A program made the translations under genes and the position numbers. A stretch of DNA of 55,563 bases, the filler included, from Bipalium vagum (Eukaryota), in assembly GCA_037834085.1 (NCBI GenBank). It is 3 parts of 3 records of this genome, joined end to end, with 100 filler letters (N's around TTAATTAATTAA, not from the genome) between each part and the next. Parts side by side here need not be neighbours in the genome. Positions count along the whole stretch, not along the records: positions 1 to 16,237 come from JBBMKC010121159.1; 2 more parts are not named here. One strand, 5' to 3'. Below the pieces are notes generated by a model. That model ran no database searches. It saw only the letters and a program-made list of their open reading frames with translations, and was not told the origin of the DNA. Of the stretch, positions 1 to 13,999 are shown one piece after another (within the stretch, counting starts at the first letter, position 1; the number at the start of each line of letters is the position of its first letter).

Positions 1-3000
1 ATAATCAAGATAGCCATTATTCTTAAAAAATTTTTCTCTATTTATTTCCGTCTTTGGGTAAACATGGAATATTAACCCAATTGTTACCCAAGTAAATCAG
101 TAAAAACATGTCAATTTTAATTTTAATTGACAATACACAACAGAAATAACAAGTTATCGACATTGGAGAAATTATAGAAATCTGAGAACTCAAGAATTTC
201 AAGACCGACGCAGTGCAAGAAAAATATTAGAAATTACTATAAAGACATTCGATATTGTCGAAGATATTCAAGATAATTAACATTAATTCAATTTTCTGAT
301 AATTCCATTTTAACCTAACTTTGACATTTTAATTATGTGATTGTAAATTACAATCAAATACAGTGATTGTAAAATCGAGTTCGTTGTTTCTTTGTTGTTG
401 GAAAAAAAAACTTTATTTTATATTGATCTCTTGTAATGAGAATGCAACTATAATATAAGTGAGGAGTCAATAAATTCATGAAGGCTAACATTTTAATACA
501 AAATACTAAAAAATTTATATTTTTCGGTCATGAAAAATGTAAATAAAAAATATAAAGCTAATAAATTAAAGTCTGGTTTTCTGTCAATTAAATTTCATTC
601 AAGTTCAGAAATAAAATAATAATAAATTAAAAAGTGCAACATTAATTTAAACAAGAAAATGGGCAATTAAATATTTCCTAAAACGATCTAATCTTGACAA
701 TGGCTCACCTAAATTGCCAAGATTAGATCAGGGTCCGCAAGGAGGGACCGATTTAGAATTAACGAGCTAAAAAGGAAATTGACATTCCCCATTGATAAAG
801 CTGGTCTACGATTGAAACGTATATAAGGATTTGGAATCCGCAGTGGCTTGACATAAAATTCTTCGAGAGAAATTTTCGTTAGCCACTACGATATTCGTCA
901 GAAGACTACGAGATATTCGACAGAGATTTTCGTCATTTGGTAGTTAGTAATCATTCCTCATGTCCTCTCTGCGACAGGAGCTCACGAGGGGTCCTGTGCT
1001 GTTAAAGTTTGTCGTTCAATTGAAGATTTCTTCGGTCAATAAAAACACGTTTGAGGTAGTGTTTGAAAGAAATGGACATAACTGGTGTACAACGTGCATA
1101 TTGTACAATCAATACAAAACTACGTTCTGTTGCTGATAATGGACCTTTCATTGAAAACCATTAACATTTTATATTTTGTTAAATATTGTTCTAGAGCAAA
1201 TATAATAAAACATTTTAAAATTGTGTTTCTGTGATTGATGCTTGAGTCTGTAAATTAGTGCAAATTTTTAGTTGTAACCCGTTATTATATGAATAAAAAA
1301 TATCCACTTTTACAAAACTACAATAAAATTTACCTTCAAAGCAGAAACCAATTTTATTAAAAAAACTTTTTAGTCAATTTTATTTCTTTCTTATTGATAT
1401 TACACATAAATGAAACTATAAATAAGTTTTTAAGTGAACTAATATAAATTAATAAACAATTTCAAAAAATCATAAAAAATTAATTTTTTTATAAACATTC
1501 TTTAAAACAGTGCTGTGAAAATTAATTAGGACAGACAACATTTCACATAAATAACAAAGAAAATTAAAGATAAACGTGTCTAACTTACTTGAACTTAATT
1601 TTTTCTTAAAGATATCTTTTTTGATCAATTACGAACTTTTGTTTTAATAATCCAACATTTTCTAACGTAACTATACAAATTTTTTGAACTGTTATTCTTG
1701 TGTTACGTTTTGGTGGATGTGGGGTGATTTATTTTATCTGAAGTTCACCTTATTTTTGAAACAATAAAATTCTTCTGTTTACTTTATTTTCATTGTTATT
1801 TTTTTAGCGAAATGGTAAAATTCTTATTATTCTCATTATTATTATTACTACTACTTCATATCATTATTATTTCAGATTCCGCCCACTCCGCTTTCAACGC
1901 TCCTCATATTTTCAAATGACGCAGCGTAAGTTTTTGTTTATTTTCTTTTTCTTTAATATTTTAATTATCTATTAATATGTATTTAAATTTTCTTTAAATA
2001 AAAAAAATAATAAATATAAAATTATATATTGAAATTATCATGAAATAATAGTAAAATCATTGTTTCTGATGAAAAACAAAAAATCACAATAAAATTAGTT
2101 TCTGATGACTTAGATTTTTGACTACTGATAGATTTTTGGATTGATAATTGAGTACTTCACAGTTGTAAAAACTATTTATAGTAAAATTTATGATTTTTTC
2201 CGGGGTATTTATACTGTTTTCCTCTGTACCTTTTGTTTGCTGATGTTAATGACGATTTTCACTTATGACATTATTATTTTTGAATGTCACTCATTTCTTT
2301 TTGAACGAGAAATATATTTTTAATATTCTATTTTACTTAATTATTGCTATTAAACTTATTTTCGTCATTATATATTATAGATATTATTTTACCTCATTAC
2401 CTTTATTTATCATTATTTTTTATTATTCTTATTAAAATATAATCTTTTCTTATTGTTATTATTATAATATTAATATTTCTCATTATTATTCTCATTGAAA
2501 TTTTAATTTTTTATTATTTAAGAAAAAATACTCATTTAACATGTTTAATTTAATCTTTGAAAATACTCATTATTAAAATATGTTTAATTCAATCCTCTAT
2601 AGCATTTATTTAATTTAATACTCTCGTTGAGAGCATATGTTTGATTCAATTTTTGCTATTTTGTCGTTTTACTGTTATCATTTTTTCCTATTAGATCTCA
2701 AAAGACTTCTCCACCAACGCTCCCAGTTTATATGCTTTGGTTAGATTTTATTTAATTTATTCATATTAATATATATTTTATTTTATTTAACTCTTCCTGC
2801 CAACGCTTCTTACTTCAAGTGGATATGCTCCATGTTTTTATTTTCATTTTTTATATTACTTAATTTTATTTTGTTACTCATTTTATTATTTAAATTATTT
2901 AATCATAAACCAAAATCATAAAATGTTAATATAATAAAATTGAAACCCAAATTGCATTGAAACTAAAATCTAAAATCACATAGATGTTAATATTATAAAT

Positions 3001-4039
3001 GTTTACAGATTGCGATGATTCCCCCACTTGCTAGATCATTGTTATTTTTCGCTACTACAGATATTACGCCAGAAAAGCATACTAAATAAGCAGCACTTAA
3101 TGACATCACAGACATGAGTATCAGAAATATTGTTAATTACTAATGCACTCTTAGATTTATCCAAATGAAACATATTTTAAGGTGTTTTTGATTATTCAAA
3201 TCAAAAATTAAAATGAGAATAACATCTTTATTCTAGTACATCCTTGTATATCCTTGTTTTGCTAATATATTTCAAGATAAAGTTGAAACTATACAAAAAC
3301 TATAATTAAAGATCAATGTTAAATCAAATTAAAAAAATCACACAAACCAACATGATTGGTTAAAATTAGTCAATACTACTCTGAATCAGATCAACAATAA
3401 GTACATGCTCCGGTAATATAACGTCAACTGCTCTCTAATAGCACGTTGTTCAACACCCTACGAAACACTACAAAAAAACACTTAATCGGTAATACTAACG
3501 TAAGCAGTAATGATAAAAATAATAATGATCTAGTATTATTCCAAAAAATATAAATAAAATTATTTTATGACAAATAAGGCATTAGTTGCTTCTTAAACAG
3601 AGACAAAGCGTTTATGCCGAGACAAAGTTAGACAAAAGAACAAATTAATTACTCCGAAGCCGAGATTTTGATATATCACTTTAGAAATTTTAAAATTTAT
3701 TGTTTTTTCCTTTTTAAATAAAAGTTTATTTAATAATAATAATATTATTATTATTATTACAATTGGGTTTCGTGCTTTATCTGTTTCAGTCACGACCCTG
3801 ATGAATTCAAAGATGGATGATAAAATTAGACACAGTCATTCAAATTTCTCTTAGAACATAATCCCGTGTCAGAGTTACGCCGGTACATGTGCATAATTGT
3901 CAGCGTTAAAAGATTCTGTTTAATTGACATGGGCTGATTTGTAACTGAGATTTATAGTTTACTCTGATGACTATATCTCGTGTGCTTTCACCTCAAGGAC
4001 TCTTAATTTTTTAAAAAATAGTAAAATCCATATTTTTTA

Positions 4040-4450
4040 TTTTACATATATTTTTTCATTGAATTAGTGTCCATAACATTTTTTTACTTTATCACAACAG
4101 GTGCTGCAACTGGGTAATACCATCTTTATAGAATTCCATAGATTACTGCTGAGAAATGTGGATACTTCCGCTTTTAGATCTGTTTTATTTTGAGTATCTT
4201 TTTCCTTAGAGTATATATTATTGAGATGGAAAAATAAATGAAAATCTGATGGCAATCTTGATGAACATGACGGATTCCGCATGATCTCACGACAAAGTTT
4301 CGTTATCTTATTAAATTTCTGTTTGCACAAATGTCAGGCCGAACATTTTCTTAACAAAAAAAACCTTTCTGCTTGTCCGTTCTTTCCCGACAATTTTTCA
4401 GCCCAATATATGTCGGTGATAATGGATTCTTTCATTTTTAGGAACTCTTA
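4040..4450 (-). mobile_element. Degenerate mariner transposase fragment
   Basis: NPSCSSRLPSDFHLFFHL resembles HPPYSPDLAPSDFHLF. Frameshifted. Confidence 0.65.
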
Positions 4451-7079
4451 ATTATAGATCCTTCATAAGTCCACCAAACACACAGTAACAGCTTTATATC
4501 AAATAGTTCAGTCCTTAGAATTTGTGGCAAGGAATCATTAAGATATAACCAATGTGTTCTCTTTGGATTTGAATACATTACCCATTGCAAGTCAATATTC
4601 GATCGAAAAAAAGTTTAATTTTTAACCTAATAATATGAAAACTACATATTGTCAGTCGCTGGAACCTATTCTCTGACTTTAAATAAATGGAACTAATTTG
4701 CTTAGCTTCCACCTCTTTCCAATTTGATGCAAATACTTTCATATAGTTTTTAGGTTGGTATTATATGTAAACTAAATTTCTTTAAATGTCAGACTCCAAT
4801 CTGACTCAATTGCTTTTTTCTATTCATCATTATTTATGAAAACTGGTATCCAAGATTAAGGTTCATCTTCCAGAATCTCATTACACGACATAGATTTCTG
4901 GAACCAATTACTGTGTCTAATCCAAATGCTAAACAAATTTATCGACAAGTTTCTTAGACCTTATATCCAAGCTTGAATTCATAAAGTAAATTTGAACGGA
5001 TGGTTAGTTTTCTGTCGACCATTTTAACAATTATTAAACAATTAATCAAATTATTATTATTAACAATTATCAAACATGCGATTATAAAATATTTATAAAT
5101 CAAAAAAGTCTTATTAAGTCCCTGTGATGACAAGAGTTATTTTTAATGAAGGAATAACAACTTTTACATTTGCATATTTTGATTAAACTAAAAATAACTT
5201 TTAAAAAACTCAGAAATAAAAAGTTTAAAAAATAACATAATTATTACAAGAAGCTACTTTTGAAATTATATCATTTTTATTTTGTTCATTATAGAGCTTT
5301 AAGAGCGCAGGAATACTTTGATAAACTAAAAATGGTAATTTTTTTTATTTAGGGTTTTTGTTAATAAATTTTTCCATGTTTTTAAAAAATAATTTTAATC
5401 CTATTATTTTTAAAAGCTTAGTCTTATCTTCATTCTGTTTCATATTTCCAGAATGATACATGTATAATACTAGATAATTCTATAATAGTTTCCTTTATAC
5501 ACAAAAAGTAATTAAATAAACTGTATAGTGTAATGTACAAAGAACATATTCTACCACCATCAGATATTTTGAATAAACCTGGTTTTCTGTAAATATAAGA
5601 CCAATATGACAAAAAATACTATCAATTTTTATAAGCAAAACCAACATTAAATCCGAAGATATTTATTAAATTTATCAGAATTTGGTTCAACAAATTCATG
5701 ACCATTTTATAAAACTAATTAGAGATTATTATATCTCTATATTAAAAGAATATGGTACAAATATTATTTCAAGAGCTTTAACTTTAAAATAGAACGAGAT
5801 TCTATAACTTTTCATGATGGGATTTATGTAAATTCATTGTGGTTTTGGTAAAAAAAATATCTACAATATTTCAAAATTTTCGCTATTCACATTCACCAAT
5901 CTTAATCGAGAGTGCTTAGTAAATTTAAGATAGGTCAAAATTACATACCAGACAACCACAATTGTACTATTGTGAAAATAATTCAAATATCTTCTTCTCT
6001 GTCTCTCTGATTCATAAATATTACTTTGTTTTGCAGTCAAGTAACCTATTGACTGAAAGAATCCATTCTATCTTCAACATATAGATGGTCGAAGAATGAT
6101 TCAAACCAATTTGTTAAATCAAAAGAATGATTTAGGCTACACGATATTATACAACACTACCCTCATATATTATTGCAGTTTTTAATAAAAAAACAAGAAA
6201 TGTTTTTAAACATGTTTCCAATCTAAATGTATTACAATTGTATATGAATATTTATAAAAATATGTAACCACATTAACAATGAAACTTAATATTTATACAT
6301 ATTAGTTCCAGGAAGATCCAAAATTTGAAATCAACAAATATATCCTCACAGAAAAAAAGGAAAACTGTCTACAGCAGATATAGAAAAAACATGCTACAGA
6401 AAGTTAATTCCCTTTTTATGTCCTTCATCAATTTGCGGAGACTCCCAGACTTCAGTCCAAGTTCAATCAATCCATTTAAAAATTGATCCAAAACATTAAA
6501 AAAAAATTATTGGATTTAAACACTTTATATATGATTAATCATGAAAATTATACTTTTGTAAACAACCTCGTTAGCTTAGTTATTCGAGTTAGTTTACTTT
6601 AATATTTAAATTTTTAAAATTATATTCGATTCATTATTTTTAAAAATATTTTATCAAATTTATTACTTTAAGTGATTAAACACTTTTCTCTTTGATATAA
6701 GTAATTTTATGTTAATTTACCTAAATTCAACTCATATCTTAGAACTTAAAGATATAAGGAACAATAACGAAACAATTTTACCGTCGAATATTATTTATTA
6801 TAGAATGGAGATCCCATGAATTTAGATTTTTACATCTTCCATAACACTAATCATTTTAGACATTTGTAAATGATAATAAGCTTGTCAATGAGTTATAATA
6901 TTGATCTTTTTGGTGATTCTTTTGAGGATAATAATCTTTATTCTATTTTAACCTATAATGTTTTGGTGTATAACTTCTTTTAAGGTACTGATTTTATTAT
7001 ATTACATTCGTACCAAGTCTTATCACAAACAAGTTGACTAAAAATTAATATAGGTTACTCTAAATCATAGTTATCGTCC

Positions 7080-7400
7080 CTGTCCATCAATGATAGATTG
7101 AAGTTCAGTTTTTAACTGGAAGGTTGGGTCACCAGAAGATAGTTCTTTCAAAATACCTGTCACCTATATTTTCACTTCATCTGTGAATTCAAAACTTCGA
7201 CAATATCAAATTGGTTCCAGTTTGGCAAGCACTTATCGATCGAGCATATTAAAGTTTGAGCTGTAGGGTTTATGATCTAACAAAGTTATTTCTTTTAGTG
7301 AATGACTCTTATTACAGAAGTAGCACTATGTGAAAGAGCATTATCGAAAGTTAGAATAATTTTGGGATCTACTTTGATGTTTTCCCCTATATACGTAGAG
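7080..7400 (-). mobile_element. Degenerate mariner 3' fragment
   Basis: The reverse strand gives IILTFDNALSHSA..LDHKPYSS..LAKLEPI..RSFEFTDEVK, like DNAPAH..HPPYSPD..FPKLK..G.RF. Confidence 0.55.
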
Positions 7401-10400
7401 TAAGAATACGTTGGATCATAGCAAGGAAGCATCAGTACACTAAGTCAATTTGAAAATGTTAGAGCATAAAAAACAAAATGTCAGCTACCAGCAAACAAAA
7501 AGACCAGGTATCATCAAATAGGTACCAGTATCCCATAAGTTTACAATTATAAATATCAAGCGCATTATGAAATACAAACGCAAAAAAATCAACAGGTCAA
7601 CAAACAGTACTAATATATGAAGAACCAGATTTTGTGCATTTTTTCTGACATAATTAATTTTTTTATTTAATACAAAACAAAGTTCAATTCGATTTTCAAT
7701 AATATTATATACTTGATTATATTAATTCCAAGTTTACCAGGTTGTTTATTCAATAAAAAGTTATATTTGAACCATAATAATAATTATATCATTTAAGTTT
7801 TATTATTTAAATTTGATATTCTAAACAGTAGTGGCTAAAATAAACCCCCTCTTTAAAATAAAACCTCGAGCTTAATTAGCACTTAAGCATTAAGTTAATT
7901 TTCTTGTCCCTTTTTTTGTTTTACTTGTTGTCTCACACTAACTAATTGTTTTTTATCAAAAAGCTCTGAGCCTAAGAGCGAAAGGATTTTTCTTTTATAA
8001 AAATAACGGATACTAAACATCTCAAGCACGATTATCATCAAAACTGTAAATCCTTTTATAAAGTAGTACATAAACAAATAAATCATCTGTGTTTTCTAAA
8101 TAAACAATAAAATAATTTATATTAATAGAATAAATATATTAAATATAATACATGATGTATTTTGTGAGTTTTCACCCACTAGTAGTCAAAATTAAAAATG
8201 ACAGTAGTTTAATAATAATTAGCGCAATTGATTATAATAATAAAAAGATAAAATAATAAGGTAAATATTTTTATTTTTATTCAGAAGTAATGTTTTTTCA
8301 ATGATGGACTCTTGAATTTCTCATGCTCTAAGGGGCTTAGTGAAGAAAGCCATTTTCTTTGATGCAAACTAGGGCTTTTATGATACGAAATTCTTATTGG
8401 ACTTTGATAAAAATTTCCATTAGTTTTAATCAGAAATGACTTTTCTGATTAGGATTGAAAACTGCCTGAATCCTCGTTACGCCGCAATGGGAGAAGCGAT
8501 GTCATCGTCAGAGTTGGCTATCCAGTATCAATGATATCTCTGGGAGAGTTCCTATTGGCTGTCGTATGCCATAATTCTAGCCTCCCGTAGATTAGAAGGC
8601 AAAATTTAGAGCTAGAGTTAATAGTGGGTGGGTTACTTAAAAATTTGAAAAGTAGTTTTGATATATAAAATTCAGACATCATCTTGTTATCTTGGAAAAC
8701 TCTTTAAGGTGTTATGAGCTTTTTAAAAATTAAAACATCAAGGTATTCGTAAATAGTCAAAAAGATGAAATGGTTATTAATGATATGTTAATATCTATCA
8801 GAACTACCGGACTCCGTGTAGTTCAACCTACCACGAATGATCGGAAAGGAAACTCGAGATTTGTCAAGGAGTCGGGCCTAATTTCGAATTAACAAACATT
8901 ATCGTTTACCTTTTAATGTACTTTCGTTACTTTAATATCTTGAATTTTAATATTCTTATTCATTTTGATTTTAGTCTTTTTTTTCACAATTAGTTTAAAT
9001 CGACTTATCATTAATTAACTGTGTTCGATTATTTATCACTTTATTTTATTAATATTTTGTTGGATGTGTAATTAATTGAGACGTGTGAATGAAAGGCAGT
9101 TAGAGTTATCCTGGTGGGCTATTGACGTTTAGAAAATGCGATTAAGAGAGTGGTGATTTGATATTCTCGTTATTTTGTGTTGATGTGTAGTATATTTAGT
9201 ATTATGCGTTATTTTATTTCAATCGTAGAATTATAGGTAATTAAACTATAAGTATTGACTTGGGAGTCAGATTAAACAGACTTGGTAAATATTAAAATAT
9301 TTTAATATATAAATTACTAATTTATGAATTTTTTAGTTTAAAGTGTATGGAAAGGGATATTTGATCACACAAATAATACTTTGAAAATTCTGATTTAACT
9401 TATTTTGCAAGAAATTTACTTTATTCAAGAACTTTCAAATTCAGTTTACAACTCATTCATTAAAATAGTTTGTGTAATTACTGTGAAAATTTTTAATAAA
9501 TAAAAATAATAATACTGTGGAGACCCCAGCAGCAAACCTATCAACTTCAACCAAGCTATCAAAACCATAAACAGTTAGCATCAACCAAACCATCAGAATC
9601 TTCGACATTCGACATTATTACATTGAAATCAGACGTTTCAATATTCTATTAGAACATTAGAACCCATCAATATAATCAGAGTATTATAAAAGGAAATAAC
9701 TTAACAGAATTCAACAGTCAAATCGCAGACCAGATTGCAAACCTTTTCCTATTTTTTATGCTTTTATCTAATTCTCTACTTTTAAATTTGTAAATCATAT
9801 ATAGACTAATTCCAGAAACTTTTTTCATAATTAAAACAAAGTTTCTTTTGGTTATCGATATCATTTTAACATTAATTCACTGACTTGTTTTATAATTAAA
9901 ACAAAGTTCGCATATTATTAATTAAGATATCATCATTAAATAAATACTCAGACCAGGACCTGATGATCATATAATTTTTTGATTTCTGTCCATTTTTCTG
10001 ATTTCTTTTTTTCTTAACTCACGCGCTAAGTAGGGCAGTGAGTTAAATTGTTTCTCTTATTCGAACCTAAGAGCGAGAGGATTTTTTAACCCCAAAATAA
10101 AAAGGTTCAAATTAAAAATCCATCAAGGACGACCATCACCAACTTTTGTAAAAATCCCTATTTTTAATAAAAATTTAATTTTTGAAAATTTGAATTTGAT
10201 TTTATCAAATGCATTAAATTTTATAATAAGAACATTCCCCGTTAAGTCCTAATAATCATCCTTCTTAGCTCCACCTTTTATAAATTATCTTAACTGATAT
10301 TGATTAAAAAATTATTAAATTAATTTATGCTAAAATCATAAATTTTTTATTGAATAAATTGAGCTCTAAAAATATTAAAATAAAGAATGTAAAAAACTTT

Positions 10401-10479
10401 GGTTAAGTTTCCTTAACAAGAAGACCTAGAAAAGCTTGTTTAAATTTTTCAATTTTAAATAATTTTTTTAACGAAACTT

Positions 10480-11150
10480 AACCTAAATACATGTGAGTAT
10501 GGATTACCTATGTTGGTCGTTTGAATATCAATTTTTTATATAACCGGTCTGATTGATTACAAAAAATTGCAGCATTACTTTTCTGACAAGATTATTCCAA
10601 TATAATCCCACAAAACACAGAACCTTCTTTTGATGTAATTTATCTCTTACTGTTGGAATATGGATATCACCTGGAGAAAGCCATTGTCTTTCCCGTTTAT
10701 TGTTCTTGTACAATACCTATTTCTCATCGTCAGTCATAATTCAGTTTAGAAATGAATCATTTTTCTGTCTAATCAACAACTCATTACAAATTGTTTGACG
10801 CTGTTTTGTTGTTTTCCGAAAGATTGACGAAAACAAAGTTCCTGTTTATTAACCTTGTCAATTTTTTAGATGTTTCTGGATAACTGACCACGATGAATTC
10901 AGCTTCCCTGACAAATTATGACCAACCCAACCAATGACGTCAGTAAGTCAACCTTCCAGCTTGGCTGGCATTTCAGAACGACGACTATCAGAAAGGTCAA
11001 AATAACCAAATCCAAATTTTCTAACCAAGGTTGGGTTTCAAAATACTAGCATATGCTGCAGAAATTCTCTGGTGACTTCTGTTGTTCTTTTTCATTGATG
11101 AAAAAAAACATACAATGTCTCAAATGAGTCTCATTGATTTTCAATTTTTC
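10480..11150 (-). mobile_element. Degenerate mariner 5'/central fragment
   Basis: MTDDEK*VLYKNNKRERQWLSPG..LHQKKVLC matches the mariner TGDEKW..QWL..HxKKVMLC region. Upstream DLSDSRRS is HTH-linker-like. Confidence 0.75.
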
Positions 11151-11449
11151 CATATTTATCAATAAATTAAAACAAAATTAATTATTAGAACCTTAAAGTA
11201 CATAAAATTGAATATTAAAAAAAGTAAAATTTAACAGGCCATAATTATTGGTATATTATGTAATTAACATTAAATAAGCATATATATAAGATATATATAT
11301 ATAATATATATATATAATAATTGATTATTTTCCAGTCCATCTGATAATTTAAATACGTTATTATAGGCCATCTTGTTAAAGAAACTTACCCAAATAAACT
11401 TTTGGAATATTTATTTATAGGATGTTCAGAAGTGTTAAAAAAGTTAATT

Positions 11450-12150
11450 TTTGACAATTCGCCAATATAATTTTCTACATCATTACGATAATTTGTTCCT
11501 TTTTACTAAATTTCTTTTTAATTTGACTCTAAAATGATTCTATATTTTGGGTATGAATTTCAAAATTATCTGATAATACAAAGTTTTCACTGTGATTTAC
11601 CTTGAAATGGGATATTACATCTATTGATTACTCCAGATTATTATACCCTTTCCAACTATTACTCATAATAATCGATTCAGATTTTTTACTTATGATAGAT
11701 TGTAGTTTCTTTTTTTCTGTTATCCAAGCTCAATAAACCAATGATTTCGAGAGCGTTCAATACCACCAAAGATCAACTGTTGCCCAGAAAGTATTCGGCC
11801 CTGTTGTCATTTTTTACTACTAAAGATTCATCTATCTCTACTACCAACACATCTCCAATAAATTTTTGATCCTGTAATGAATATCTAATGAAATTTGCAT
11901 GCAAACTGTGTCAATAGTAATATATGTCAATAGACCATATATAAATGATTAAAATGGAATTATTTAGGCCAATCTTGTTTTTTTCAAGTATTTTTCCATG
12001 AAACAGTCCTATCCTAGATGCACCTTAAAAATTTACTTAATAACTTTAGATATATTAATAACCATGTATGTTTTTTCAGATTTAATCAAATGCATTATTG
12101 ATCAACATTTAGAATACTAAAAATTATGTGGACTAAAGCAATTATTTTGA
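11450..12150 (-). mobile_element. Degenerate Merlin (ISXO2/IS1016-like) transposase fragment
   Basis: The reverse strand reads VVEIDESLSSKK*QQGRILSGQQLIFGGIER, matching the Merlin VEIDES..K.K..RGR..WVFGGIER motif. Confidence 0.75.
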
Positions 12151-13999
12151 AACCATGGCTTCTTAGTCACTATTTATTAATCTTACAAGCTTTGTACGAT
12201 TCATTGAAAATTATATTTAACATCTTATTAAAAATGAAACATTTAAACTACCTTTTCGAGACGGTATGGTTAACGAAACTTAGCCATTTTTATTTATCTG
12301 AAAATTTGTAATCATCTGCTAATTAATTAACCGCGGTCGATTGTTTATGTGGTGCCTGATACTGATACAACTGTGGAGATCCCAACCCTGGGGTCGGAAT
12401 CACTCGTTTATACAATGTAATTCAAAACAAGTCCAAAGAAAAGGAAGAAAATAGTAGATTTAACCTGCAATTGATGAATGACAAAAAAACTTCTTACTGA
12501 ACTTCATATTTAGAACATTGAAGTATTATACTATTCTTTTATGTATAATAAACATTTTATTCTTGTGATTCGATTCTTGATCTGATTTTAATTTTGTTTT
12601 AGTGATTAAAAATTTTTATATTGTATTTATTTTTTGCTTCCCATCTTTAAAAGTTTAATAATAAATAATATGAAAATAATAATTTTATGTTAATAATTAA
12701 TTAAATAATAAATAATGCCTTTAATTAATGGCAAAAAAAGCAAAAAAGTTAATATTAAAAATATAAAATCAATAACAAAATTTACTAAAAAGAATATAAA
12801 AAATGAAAAATAAAAATTAAATTTGGCAACAATTGCTACCAGTATAAATTAAAGTCAAAATCAGACTATAAAACCCAAGAATATAGTAAACAAATTCTAA
12901 ATAAAATAGACAACAAAGACGCAAAATCAAATAAACAAAAGGAGTTTGAGAATCTGATTTCCAATGGAATTTCAAGAATTGCAAGCGACTACCGTTATAA
13001 TATTTATAAATTGAACACGTTTTACTTTTATTTTAATTTTTCTAAAGATTTAGCAGAAAGTACATTTTAAAATCAATTAATTAACTAAGCAACAAGATCT
13101 ATAAACGTTAGTGTTTAGATCTTTTTGATATCATAATAAAGTTAAATTTTAAATTAAAATCTACATATATTTTATAATTTTTAGTTGTTAAAATCACTTT
13201 AAAAATAAATAAATACTCAAGGGGTAAATTATTTGTCAACTTTAGGATGAAATAAATTTCTATCTTATAAACACCATGTGGTGAAGACTCGTAGCTTTTC
13301 AGAGGGCGATAATACCAGGTGATAATGGTATAGTAACTCCCCATTTTTGATTGGGAGATACTATTACTCTGATTGGTAAATCTAGGTAATTTTTTGAAAA
13401 TTGTGTTTGGTAATGATTTTAGTTTAGGTAATTTTTTGTAATGATTTTTTAATGAATCAATTTTAATTAAATTTTAGTTAAGTTAAATTTTTATAGTTTA
13501 TTTATGAAGTTTATAGTTTATGGATGGAATTTGAAACGCTTTGTATTGATTTTTAATTTTTAAGAGTTTAGGTAACTAAAACCTCAAGTCCATAGAATGG
13601 TTCATGATCTAAACATTTTCTATGATATAGTCGGCCACAATCGGAATTATCGCAATATATAATATAATATAAAAAAGATCAGGTATATCAAATTATATAC
13701 AATTAAAAATTAAGCTTATTTCTATTGTAAACAAAGAAAAATATATTTGTTAACGAAACTTAGCCATTTTATTTAGTTACCAACAATATCAATTTCCATT
13801 ATTGTGAAAATTAATACTTAGTAAATAGATTAAATATAATGACTAAACGTTAAATTTTTGAAACAGTGACGTATCTGTATTAAATTTGTATTGGGTCAAA
13901 CTATAAGTAAAATTTTTAATAAAAGAAAAAAATTCTAAGACAAATATTTTTACTGAACACATTTAAAACAAAACTTTTAAAACGTATACTAGTAAAATC

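Noticed and set aside
2141-3793. Hydrophobic F/I/L-rich short ORFs (also 7895, 13108, 28839)
   Set aside because: Composition artefacts of AT-rich DNA.
2060-9975. CTGATGA motifs (~2067, 2102, 3798, 3964, 9960) as hammerhead ribozyme cores
   Set aside because: I could not build the GAAA plus stems II/III arrangement. A covariance-model scan would be decisive.
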